Assembly: GCA_000004985.1 (NCBI GenBank)
Contig: GG738860.1
Direction: 5' to 3' (one strand)
Source: Naegleria gruberi
Lineage: Eukaryota
DNA: 64,000 nucleotides
The translations under genes were made by a program, and so were the position numbers. A model generated the notes under the pieces. That model saw nothing but the letters and a program-made list of their open reading frames with translations, was not told the DNA's origin and ran no database searches. Below are positions 1-11,231 of this stretch, one piece after another; positions within the stretch are counted from its first letter, which is position 1, and every line of letters starts with the position of its first letter.

Positions 1-1029
1 ATTCCGAATGACAAGAACAAAACCCCTACATGTAAGAATGGAAGGCTTATTACAAATACCACTACTCCTCAACAATTTGCCTCAACCAAATGTTCATGTT
101 TTAAGGGATATTCGGGAAGTGATTGTAACATACCAGTTTGTTTTGGATTGAAGGCAAGTTCAAAATCTGTATGTGGTGGCAAAGGTAACTCCAAATGTAT
201 TGCTCCAGATACATGCATTAAAATCAATGAAGCAACAATCATGAAGCGATTTCAATCCAATGCTAAAGAGGACAGTTCATGTTCCAATCGTGGTCAAATG
301 AGTAATGGTCAATGCATATGTAGTGAGGGATTCTATGGAGAATCTTGCGAATATTCTAATTGTTATGATACAGCTAGCCAGCTCACTTGTAGTGGAAGAG
401 GAGAATGCTCCTCTGATAATATTTGCACTTGTAGAGAGAATGATATGTTTGGCGATAGATGTCAATACACACTCCCAGATAAGATTTATCAAAATGATGT
501 TTGTGGGTCATGTATCATTGTGGCTGGTGTCAGTGGAGATGCTATTCCATCGAAGTATTCACTCTTGAACAATCCTACTGGACTATTTGTGGATGAAACA
601 ACTGGTTTCATCTTTTTCGCAGATCAAGGCAATGCAAAGGCAAGAGTTCTCACAAGGGATGATACTATCTATTCGATTGCCTCTGTTTCCACACCAACTA
701 GTATAGCATTCGATAAGAAAACAAGAGATGTCTATATTGGTACTAGAAATGGACTATTCAAATTGAACAGCAAGAGAGAACTCTCTAAATTGAACAGCTT
801 GTATTGTAGCAGTGTCATTGTTAATGGTCAGGGACATGTTGTGTTTACACAGGGACCATATAACAAGATTTCAAAACTTGTAAATGGTGTGCAAGTTGAG
901 GTGGCAGGGGATAATGACGGCGAAGGAAAATATGATGGTGACAACAAAGTGGCAACGGATGCAAGTGTCAACAATCCAGCTTATTTGAGCTACCATGCTG
1001 ACTCTGATACAATTTACTTTATGGACAGA
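1..1029 (+). CDS. Partial gene, with the 5' end outside the window and the 3' end in the gap at 1030-1079. It encodes an extracellular EGF-like/NHL-repeat protein that is a paralogue of the giant receptor-kinase gene downstream.
   Basis: Frame 1 is open from position 1. It contains Cys-rich modules of the form C-x-C-FKGYSGSDC-NIPVCFG and CSGRGEC...C-C, matching the repeat pattern at 12340-14010. These are followed by NHL-like beta-propeller repeats (LNNPTGLFVDETTGFIFFADQGN). The apparent C-terminal tail in the ORF track (TEWLRPYHDECTSSRPI) is read-through into the 5S rRNA gene and is not coding. Confidence 0.6.
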
Positions 1030-1079
1030 NNNNNNNNNNNNNNNNNNNNNNNNNNNNNNNNNNNNNNNNNNNNNNNNNN
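1030..1079. other. Assembly gap of 50 N (conventional unsized gap)
   Basis: Run of N. Confidence 1.
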
Positions 1080-1087
1080 AACTGAAT

Positions 1088-1207
1088 GGCTACGGCCATA
1101 TCACGATGAATGCACCTCATCCCGTCCGATTTGAGAAGTTAAGCATCGTCGAGCCACATCAGTACTGAGGTTGGAGACAACTTGGGAACCTGTGGTGCTG
1201 TAGTCTA
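1088..1207 (+). rRNA. 5S: 5S ribosomal RNA
   Basis: The sequence GGCTACGGCCATATCACGATGAATGCACCTCATCCCGTCCGATTTGAGAAGTTAAGCATCGTCGAGCCACATCAGTACTGAGGTTGGAGACAACTTGGGAACCTGTGGTGCTGTAGTCT aligns along its full length with eukaryotic 5S rRNA. Box A/C region, loop E motif AGTACT..GGGA and a closing helix that pairs the 5' and 3' ends are present. The GC content is locally much higher than the flanks, and T-rich runs follow the 3' end. Confidence 0.85.
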
Positions 1208-1723
1208 TTTAAATTCAACTTTTTAGATGTCGATTTTCAGAACAATTTGAAAGTTCAATAAACTTGTGAATAATTAATGCTTCAAAGCTTATAAAAAGTT
1301 TAACCACAATTATTAATAGATTTTAAATTAATTGAATACATAGAGAGATCAACATTCATCATTCCATAGCAATCACACTGCAATCCAACAACCAAAGGTA
1401 TCAGCAAAAGGCAACTTATGGGTTAGGGTATTCGATTGCTGTGAAGTGGGTACACTAGCTCAGTTGTCTTTTTTTCTATTTCCCAATCAATGAGTGCTTT
1501 TGGAGTATGTTGATACATTTATTATTTACAAACTTTTTTGTTACAAATTTCAATCGAAATGCCTGAGAAATTTTTTAAAATGAAAGTGCCCAATCATTGA
1601 TTATTTTCTCTATGGTTTTAAGAAATGAAACTTTGAAAATTGAATCTTAGCTAGATTACATATAATTTATCATATAATGATAAAATTAAATGTCAAATAT
1701 AGGAGATGGAGTCAAAAATTAAT

Positions 1724-1794
1724 CTCGAGTGCCGGGAATTGAACCCGGGTCGCCAGAGTGACAGTCTGGAATGCTACCACTATACCACACCCGA
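1724..1794 (-). tRNA. tRNA-Asp (anticodon GUC)
   Basis: The reverse complement folds as a cloverleaf: acceptor TCGGGTG/CACTCGA, anticodon stem CCAGA/TCTGG with loop CTGTCAC, T-arm GGGTTCAATTCCC and discriminator G. Confidence 0.9.
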
Positions 1795-2261
1795 TTTCAC
1801 ATGTTGTATCACCAGTAACAGTATTTGTAGTTGTTCAAACGGATTACCATAAAAGGAACCTTAGTGTTTCTTTTTAATATAATTATACTTACATATATGT
1901 ATACCTACTGAGAATGGATCCATACAATCGATTACTCCAACGAACTAAATTTTGAATCTGCTAATTGTCAACAAATGATATTGTTAAACAAAATACAAAC
2001 ACTATGAAATGCACAACTTCATTCTAAACATTGTATTAGAAAAATTGGAAATAGGAAAGAATCGGTAAAATTGTCTCATAGTGATTCTCTCTTGTTTATG
2101 GCCATAAATACTTTTTTGGACAGTTTCGTATGAAATTGGGTTTTGTAATATTTATTTTCTATGACATGTCATGCATAATTTCTTGTACTTGCCATCTCAA
2201 TGGCACACAAGGGTCACAACAAATTTTTTCTTCAAGAGGCACCANCTCCTTCTTGCTTGTT

Positions 2262-5200
2262 NNNNNNNNNNNNNNNNNNNNNNNNNNNNNNNNNNNNNNN
2301 NNNNNNNNNNNNNNNNNNNNNNNNNNNNNNNNNNNNNNNNNNNNNNNNNNNNNNNNNNNNNNNNNNNNNNNNNNNNNNNNNNNNNNNNNNNNNNNNNNNN
2401 NNNNNNNNNNNNNNNNNNNNNNNNNNNNNNNNNNNNNNNNNNNNNNNNNNNNNNNNNNNNNNNNNNNNNNNNNNNNNNNNNNNNNNNNNNNNNNNNNNNN
2501 NNNNNNNNNNNNNNNNNNNNNNNNNNNNNNNNNNNNNNNNNNNNNNNNNNNNNNNNNNNNNNNNNNNNNNNNNNNNNNNNNNNNNNNNNNNNNNNNNNNN
2601 NNNNNNNNNNNNNNNNNNNNNNNNNNNNNNNNNNNNNNNNNNNNNNNNNNNNNNNNNNNNNNNNNNNNNNNNNNNNNNNNNNNNNNNNNNNNNNNNNNNN
2701 NNNNNNNNNNNNNNNNNNNNNNNNNNNNNNNNNNNNNNNNNNNNNNNNNNNNNNNNNNNNNNNNNNNNNNNNNNNNNNNNNNNNNNNNNNNNNNNNNNNN
2801 NNNNNNNNNNNNNNNNNNNNNNNNNNNNNNNNNNNNNNNNNNNNNNNNNNNNNNNNNNNNNNNNNNNNNNNNNNNNNNNNNNNNNNNNNNNNNNNNNNNN
2901 NNNNNNNNNNNNNNNNNNNNNNNNNNNNNNNNNNNNNNNNNNNNNNNNNNNNNNNNNNNNNNNNNNNNNNNNNNNNNNNNNNNNNNNNNNNNNNNNNNNN
3001 NNNNNNNNNNNNNNNNNNNNNNNNNNNNNNNNNNNNNNNNNNNNNNNNNNNNNNNNNNNNNNNNNNNNNNNNNNNNNNNNNNNNNNNNNNNNNNNNNNNN
3101 NNNNNNNNNNNNNNNNNNNNNNNNNNNNNNNNNNNNNNNNNNNNNNNNNNNNNNNNNNNNNNNNNNNNNNNNNNNNNNNNNNNNNNNNNNNNNNNNNNNN
3201 NNNNNNNNNNNNNNNNNNNNNNNNNNNNNNNNNNNNNNNNNNNNNNNNNNNNNNNNNNNNNNNNNNNNNNNNNNNNNNNNNNNNNNNNNNNNNNNNNNNN
3301 NNNNNNNNNNNNNNNNNNNNNNNNNNNNNNNNNNNNNNNNNNNNNNNNNNNNNNNNNNNNNNNNNNNNNNNNNNNNNNNNNNNNNNNNNNNNNNNNNNNN
3401 NNNNNNNNNNNNNNNNNNNNNNNNNNNNNNNNNNNNNNNNNNNNNNNNNNNNNNNNNNNNNNNNNNNNNNNNNNNNNNNNNNNNNNNNNNNNNNNNNNNN
3501 NNNNNNNNNNNNNNNNNNNNNNNNNNNNNNNNNNNNNNNNNNNNNNNNNNNNNNNNNNNNNNNNNNNNNNNNNNNNNNNNNNNNNNNNNNNNNNNNNNNN
3601 NNNNNNNNNNNNNNNNNNNNNNNNNNNNNNNNNNNNNNNNNNNNNNNNNNNNNNNNNNNNNNNNNNNNNNNNNNNNNNNNNNNNNNNNNNNNNNNNNNNN
3701 NNNNNNNNNNNNNNNNNNNNNNNNNNNNNNNNNNNNNNNNNNNNNNNNNNNNNNNNNNNNNNNNNNNNNNNNNNNNNNNNNNNNNNNNNNNNNNNNNNNN
3801 NNNNNNNNNNNNNNNNNNNNNNNNNNNNNNNNNNNNNNNNNNNNNNNNNNNNNNNNNNNNNNNNNNNNNNNNNNNNNNNNNNNNNNNNNNNNNNNNNNNN
3901 NNNNNNNNNNNNNNNNNNNNNNNNNNNNNNNNNNNNNNNNNNNNNNNNNNNNNNNNNNNNNNNNNNNNNNNNNNNNNNNNNNNNNNNNNNNNNNNNNNNN
4001 NNNNNNNNNNNNNNNNNNNNNNNNNNNNNNNNNNNNNNNNNNNNNNNNNNNNNNNNNNNNNNNNNNNNNNNNNNNNNNNNNNNNNNNNNNNNNNNNNNNN
4101 NNNNNNNNNNNNNNNNNNNNNNNNNNNNNNNNNNNNNNNNNNNNNNNNNNNNNNNNNNNNNNNNNNNNNNNNNNNNNNNNNNNNNNNNNNNNNNNNNNNN
4201 NNNNNNNNNNNNNNNNNNNNNNNNNNNNNNNNNNNNNNNNNNNNNNNNNNNNNNNNNNNNNNNNNNNNNNNNNNNNNNNNNNNNNNNNNNNNNNNNNNNN
4301 NNNNNNNNNNNNNNNNNNNNNNNNNNNNNNNNNNNNNNNNNNNNNNNNNNNNNNNNNNNNNNNNNNNNNNNNNNNNNNNNNNNNNNNNNNNNNNNNNNNN
4401 NNNNNNNNNNNNNNNNNNNNNNNNNNNNNNNNNNNNNNNNNNNNNNNNNNNNNNNNNNNNNNNNNNNNNNNNNNNNNNNNNNNNNNNNNNNNNNNNNNNN
4501 NNNNNNNNNNNNNNNNNNNNNNNNNNNNNNNNNNNNNNNNNNNNNNNNNNNNNNNNNNNNNNNNNNNNNNNNNNNNNNNNNNNNNNNNNNNNNNNNNNNN
4601 NNNNNNNNNNNNNNNNNNNNNNNNNNNNNNNNNNNNNNNNNNNNNNNNNNNNNNNNNNNNNNNNNNNNNNNNNNNNNNNNNNNNNNNNNNNNNNNNNNNN
4701 NNNNNNNNNNNNNNNNNNNNNNNNNNNNNNNNNNNNNNNNNNNNNNNNNNNNNNNNNNNNNNNNNNNNNNNNNNNNNNNNNNNNNNNNNNNNNNNNNNNN
4801 NNNNNNNNNNNNNNNNNNNNNNNNNNNNNNNNNNNNNNNNNNNNNNNNNNNNNNNNNNNNNNNNNNNNNNNNNNNNNNNNNNNNNNNNNNNNNNNNNNNN
4901 NNNNNNNNNNNNNNNNNNNNNNNNNNNNNNNNNNNNNNNNNNNNNNNNNNNNNNNNNNNNNNNNNNNNNNNNNNNNNNNNNNNNNNNNNNNNNNNNNNNN
5001 NNNNNNNNNNNNNNNNNNNNNNNNNNNNNNNNNNNNNNNNNNNNNNNNNNNNNNNNNNNNNNNNNNNNNNNNNNNNNNNNNNNNNNNNNNNNNNNNNNNN
5101 NNNNNNNNNNNNNNNNNNNNNNNNNNNNNNNNNNNNNNNNNNNNNNNNNNNNNNNNNNNNNNNNNNNNNNNNNNNNNNNNNNNNNNNNNNNNNNNNNNNN

Positions 5201-8200
5201 NNNNNNNNNNNNNNNNNNNNNNNNNNNNNNNNNNNNNNNNNNNNNNNNNNNNNNNNNNNNNNNNNNNNNNNNNNNNNNNNNNNNNNNNNNNNNNNNNNNN
5301 NNNNNNNNNNNNNNNNNNNNNNNNNNNNNNNNNNNNNNNNNNNNNNNNNNNNNNNNNNNNNNNNNNNNNNNNNNNNNNNNNNNNNNNNNNNNNNNNNNNN
5401 NNNNNNNNNNNNNNNNNNNNNNNNNNNNNNNNNNNNNNNNNNNNNNNNNNNNNNNNNNNNNNNNNNNNNNNNNNNNNNNNNNNNNNNNNNNNNNNNNNNN
5501 NNNNNNNNNNNNNNNNNNNNNNNNNNNNNNNNNNNNNNNNNNNNNNNNNNNNNNNNNNNNNNNNNNNNNNNNNNNNNNNNNNNNNNNNNNNNNNNNNNNN
5601 NNNNNNNNNNNNNNNNNNNNNNNNNNNNNNNNNNNNNNNNNNNNNNNNNNNNNNNNNNNNNNNNNNNNNNNNNNNNNNNNNNNNNNNNNNNNNNNNNNNN
5701 NNNNNNNNNNNNNNNNNNNNNNNNNNNNNNNNNNNNNNNNNNNNNNNNNNNNNNNNNNNNNNNNNNNNNNNNNNNNNNNNNNNNNNNNNNNNNNNNNNNN
5801 NNNNNNNNNNNNNNNNNNNNNNNNNNNNNNNNNNNNNNNNNNNNNNNNNNNNNNNNNNNNNNNNNNNNNNNNNNNNNNNNNNNNNNNNNNNNNNNNNNNN
5901 NNNNNNNNNNNNNNNNNNNNNNNNNNNNNNNNNNNNNNNNNNNNNNNNNNNNNNNNNNNNNNNNNNNNNNNNNNNNNNNNNNNNNNNNNNNNNNNNNNNN
6001 NNNNNNNNNNNNNNNNNNNNNNNNNNNNNNNNNNNNNNNNNNNNNNNNNNNNNNNNNNNNNNNNNNNNNNNNNNNNNNNNNNNNNNNNNNNNNNNNNNNN
6101 NNNNNNNNNNNNNNNNNNNNNNNNNNNNNNNNNNNNNNNNNNNNNNNNNNNNNNNNNNNNNNNNNNNNNNNNNNNNNNNNNNNNNNNNNNNNNNNNNNNN
6201 NNNNNNNNNNNNNNNNNNNNNNNNNNNNNNNNNNNNNNNNNNNNNNNNNNNNNNNNNNNNNNNNNNNNNNNNNNNNNNNNNNNNNNNNNNNNNNNNNNNN
6301 NNNNNNNNNNNNNNNNNNNNNNNNNNNNNNNNNNNNNNNNNNNNNNNNNNNNNNNNNNNNNNNNNNNNNNNNNNNNNNNNNNNNNNNNNNNNNNNNNNNN
6401 NNNNNNNNNNNNNNNNNNNNNNNNNNNNNNNNNNNNNNNNNNNNNNNNNNNNNNNNNNNNNNNNNNNNNNNNNNNNNNNNNNNNNNNNNNNNNNNNNNNN
6501 NNNNNNNNNNNNNNNNNNNNNNNNNNNNNNNNNNNNNNNNNNNNNNNNNNNNNNNNNNNNNNNNNNNNNNNNNNNNNNNNNNNNNNNNNNNNNNNNNNNN
6601 NNNNNNNNNNNNNNNNNNNNNNNNNNNNNNNNNNNNNNNNNNNNNNNNNNNNNNNNNNNNNNNNNNNNNNNNNNNNNNNNNNNNNNNNNNNNNNNNNNNN
6701 NNNNNNNNNNNNNNNNNNNNNNNNNNNNNNNNNNNNNNNNNNNNNNNNNNNNNNNNNNNNNNNNNNNNNNNNNNNNNNNNNNNNNNNNNNNNNNNNNNNN
6801 NNNNNNNNNNNNNNNNNNNNNNNNNNNNNNNNNNNNNNNNNNNNNNNNNNNNNNNNNNNNNNNNNNNNNNNNNNNNNNNNNNNNNNNNNNNNNNNNNNNN
6901 NNNNNNNNNNNNNNNNNNNNNNNNNNNNNNNNNNNNNNNNNNNNNNNNNNNNNNNNNNNNNNNNNNNNNNNNNNNNNNNNNNNNNNNNNNNNNNNNNNNN
7001 NNNNNNNNNNNNNNNNNNNNNNNNNNNNNNNNNNNNNNNNNNNNNNNNNNNNNNNNNNNNNNNNNNNNNNNNNNNNNNNNNNNNNNNNNNNNNNNNNNNN
7101 NNNNNNNNNNNNNNNNNNNNNNNNNNNNNNNNNNNNNNNNNNNNNNNNNNNNNNNNNNNNNNNNNNNNNNNNNNNNNNNNNNNNNNNNNNNNNNNNNNNN
7201 NNNNNNNNNNNNNNNNNNNNNNNNNNNNNNNNNNNNNNNNNNNNNNNNNNNNNNNNNNNNNNNNNNNNNNNNNNNNNNNNNNNNNNNNNNNNNNNNNNNN
7301 NNNNNNNNNNNNNNNNNNNNNNNNNNNNNNNNNNNNNNNNNNNNNNNNNNNNNNNNNNNNNNNNNNNNNNNNNNNNNNNNNNNNNNNNNNNNNNNNNNNN
7401 NNNNNNNNNNNNNNNNNNNNNNNNNNNNNNNNNNNNNNNNNNNNNNNNNNNNNNNNNNNNNNNNNNNNNNNNNNNNNNNNNNNNNNNNNNNNNNNNNNNN
7501 NNNNNNNNNNNNNNNNNNNNNNNNNNNNNNNNNNNNNNNNNNNNNNNNNNNNNNNNNNNNNNNNNNNNNNNNNNNNNNNNNNNNNNNNNNNNNNNNNNNN
7601 NNNNNNNNNNNNNNNNNNNNNNNNNNNNNNNNNNNNNNNNNNNNNNNNNNNNNNNNNNNNNNNNNNNNNNNNNNNNNNNNNNNNNNNNNNNNNNNNNNNN
7701 NNNNNNNNNNNNNNNNNNNNNNNNNNNNNNNNNNNNNNNNNNNNNNNNNNNNNNNNNNNNNNNNNNNNNNNNNNNNNNNNNNNNNNNNNNNNNNNNNNNN
7801 NNNNNNNNNNNNNNNNNNNNNNNNNNNNNNNNNNNNNNNNNNNNNNNNNNNNNNNNNNNNNNNNNNNNNNNNNNNNNNNNNNNNNNNNNNNNNNNNNNNN
7901 NNNNNNNNNNNNNNNNNNNNNNNNNNNNNNNNNNNNNNNNNNNNNNNNNNNNNNNNNNNNNNNNNNNNNNNNNNNNNNNNNNNNNNNNNNNNNNNNNNNN
8001 NNNNNNNNNNNNNNNNNNNNNNNNNNNNNNNNNNNNNNNNNNNNNNNNNNNNNNNNNNNNNNNNNNNNNNNNNNNNNNNNNNNNNNNNNNNNNNNNNNNN
8101 NNNNNNNNNNNNNNNNNNNNNNNNNNNNNNNNNNNNNNNNNNNNNNNNNNNNNNNNNNNNNNNNNNNNNNNNNNNNNNNNNNNNNNNNNNNNNNNNNNNN

Positions 8201-11200
8201 NNNNNNNNNNNNNNNNNNNNNNNNNNNNNNNNNNNNNNNNNNNNNNNNNNNNNNNNNNNNNNNNNNNNNNNNNNNNNNNNNNNNNNNNNNNNNNNNNNNN
8301 NNNNNNNNNNNNNNNNNNNNNNNNNNNNNNNNNNNNNNNNNNNNNNNNNNNNNNNNNNNNNNNNNNNNNNNNNNNNNNNNNNNNNNNNNNNNNNNNNNNN
8401 NNNNNNNNNNNNNNNNNNNNNNNNNNNNNNNNNNNNNNNNNNNNNNNNNNNNNNNNNNNNNNNNNNNNNNNNNNNNNNNNNNNNNNNNNNNNNNNNNNNN
8501 NNNNNNNNNNNNNNNNNNNNNNNNNNNNNNNNNNNNNNNNNNNNNNNNNNNNNNNNNNNNNNNNNNNNNNNNNNNNNNNNNNNNNNNNNNNNNNNNNNNN
8601 NNNNNNNNNNNNNNNNNNNNNNNNNNNNNNNNNNNNNNNNNNNNNNNNNNNNNNNNNNNNNNNNNNNNNNNNNNNNNNNNNNNNNNNNNNNNNNNNNNNN
8701 NNNNNNNNNNNNNNNNNNNNNNNNNNNNNNNNNNNNNNNNNNNNNNNNNNNNNNNNNNNNNNNNNNNNNNNNNNNNNNNNNNNNNNNNNNNNNNNNNNNN
8801 NNNNNNNNNNNNNNNNNNNNNNNNNNNNNNNNNNNNNNNNNNNNNNNNNNNNNNNNNNNNNNNNNNNNNNNNNNNNNNNNNNNNNNNNNNNNNNNNNNNN
8901 NNNNNNNNNNNNNNNNNNNNNNNNNNNNNNNNNNNNNNNNNNNNNNNNNNNNNNNNNNNNNNNNNNNNNNNNNNNNNNNNNNNNNNNNNNNNNNNNNNNN
9001 NNNNNNNNNNNNNNNNNNNNNNNNNNNNNNNNNNNNNNNNNNNNNNNNNNNNNNNNNNNNNNNNNNNNNNNNNNNNNNNNNNNNNNNNNNNNNNNNNNNN
9101 NNNNNNNNNNNNNNNNNNNNNNNNNNNNNNNNNNNNNNNNNNNNNNNNNNNNNNNNNNNNNNNNNNNNNNNNNNNNNNNNNNNNNNNNNNNNNNNNNNNN
9201 NNNNNNNNNNNNNNNNNNNNNNNNNNNNNNNNNNNNNNNNNNNNNNNNNNNNNNNNNNNNNNNNNNNNNNNNNNNNNNNNNNNNNNNNNNNNNNNNNNNN
9301 NNNNNNNNNNNNNNNNNNNNNNNNNNNNNNNNNNNNNNNNNNNNNNNNNNNNNNNNNNNNNNNNNNNNNNNNNNNNNNNNNNNNNNNNNNNNNNNNNNNN
9401 NNNNNNNNNNNNNNNNNNNNNNNNNNNNNNNNNNNNNNNNNNNNNNNNNNNNNNNNNNNNNNNNNNNNNNNNNNNNNNNNNNNNNNNNNNNNNNNNNNNN
9501 NNNNNNNNNNNNNNNNNNNNNNNNNNNNNNNNNNNNNNNNNNNNNNNNNNNNNNNNNNNNNNNNNNNNNNNNNNNNNNNNNNNNNNNNNNNNNNNNNNNN
9601 NNNNNNNNNNNNNNNNNNNNNNNNNNNNNNNNNNNNNNNNNNNNNNNNNNNNNNNNNNNNNNNNNNNNNNNNNNNNNNNNNNNNNNNNNNNNNNNNNNNN
9701 NNNNNNNNNNNNNNNNNNNNNNNNNNNNNNNNNNNNNNNNNNNNNNNNNNNNNNNNNNNNNNNNNNNNNNNNNNNNNNNNNNNNNNNNNNNNNNNNNNNN
9801 NNNNNNNNNNNNNNNNNNNNNNNNNNNNNNNNNNNNNNNNNNNNNNNNNNNNNNNNNNNNNNNNNNNNNNNNNNNNNNNNNNNNNNNNNNNNNNNNNNNN
9901 NNNNNNNNNNNNNNNNNNNNNNNNNNNNNNNNNNNNNNNNNNNNNNNNNNNNNNNNNNNNNNNNNNNNNNNNNNNNNNNNNNNNNNNNNNNNNNNNNNNN
10001 NNNNNNNNNNNNNNNNNNNNNNNNNNNNNNNNNNNNNNNNNNNNNNNNNNNNNNNNNNNNNNNNNNNNNNNNNNNNNNNNNNNNNNNNNNNNNNNNNNNN
10101 NNNNNNNNNNNNNNNNNNNNNNNNNNNNNNNNNNNNNNNNNNNNNNNNNNNNNNNNNNNNNNNNNNNNNNNNNNNNNNNNNNNNNNNNNNNNNNNNNNNN
10201 NNNNNNNNNNNNNNNNNNNNNNNNNNNNNNNNNNNNNNNNNNNNNNNNNNNNNNNNNNNNNNNNNNNNNNNNNNNNNNNNNNNNNNNNNNNNNNNNNNNN
10301 NNNNNNNNNNNNNNNNNNNNNNNNNNNNNNNNNNNNNNNNNNNNNNNNNNNNNNNNNNNNNNNNNNNNNNNNNNNNNNNNNNNNNNNNNNNNNNNNNNNN
10401 NNNNNNNNNNNNNNNNNNNNNNNNNNNNNNNNNNNNNNNNNNNNNNNNNNNNNNNNNNNNNNNNNNNNNNNNNNNNNNNNNNNNNNNNNNNNNNNNNNNN
10501 NNNNNNNNNNNNNNNNNNNNNNNNNNNNNNNNNNNNNNNNNNNNNNNNNNNNNNNNNNNNNNNNNNNNNNNNNNNNNNNNNNNNNNNNNNNNNNNNNNNN
10601 NNNNNNNNNNNNNNNNNNNNNNNNNNNNNNNNNNNNNNNNNNNNNNNNNNNNNNNNNNNNNNNNNNNNNNNNNNNNNNNNNNNNNNNNNNNNNNNNNNNN
10701 NNNNNNNNNNNNNNNNNNNNNNNNNNNNNNNNNNNNNNNNNNNNNNNNNNNNNNNNNNNNNNNNNNNNNNNNNNNNNNNNNNNNNNNNNNNNNNNNNNNN
10801 NNNNNNNNNNNNNNNNNNNNNNNNNNNNNNNNNNNNNNNNNNNNNNNNNNNNNNNNNNNNNNNNNNNNNNNNNNNNNNNNNNNNNNNNNNNNNNNNNNNN
10901 NNNNNNNNNNNNNNNNNNNNNNNNNNNNNNNNNNNNNNNNNNNNNNNNNNNNNNNNNNNNNNNNNNNNNNNNNNNNNNNNNNNNNNNNNNNNNNNNNNNN
11001 NNNNNNNNNNNNNNNNNNNNNNNNNNNNNNNNNNNNNNNNNNNNNNNNNNNNNNNNNNNNNNNNNNNNNNNNNNNNNNNNNNNNNNNNNNNNNNNNNNNN
11101 NNNNNNNNNNNNNNNNNNNNNNNNNNNNNNNNNNNNNNNNNNNNNNNNNNNNNNNNNNNNNNNNNNNNNNNNNNNNNNNNNNNNNNNNNNNNNNNNNNNN

Positions 11201-11231
11201 NNNNNNNNNNNNNNNNNNNNNNNNNNNNNNN
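2262..11231. other. Sized assembly gap of 8970 N. All ORF-track entries of the form 2130..13386 that consist of X residues are artefacts.
   Basis: Run of N. An isolated N also occurs at 2245. Confidence 1.

Noticed and set aside
277-568. Antisense and alternate-frame ORFs 277..492(-) and 305..568(+) inside the first gene
   Set aside because: They are nested in a clearly coding frame that has a conserved EGF/NHL pattern, and they have no motifs of their own. They are typical shadow ORFs.
1080-1134. C-terminal tail TEWLRPYHDECTSSRPI of ORF 148..1134
   Set aside because: This is a translation of the 5S rRNA gene joined across a 50-N gap, and it is not protein-coding.
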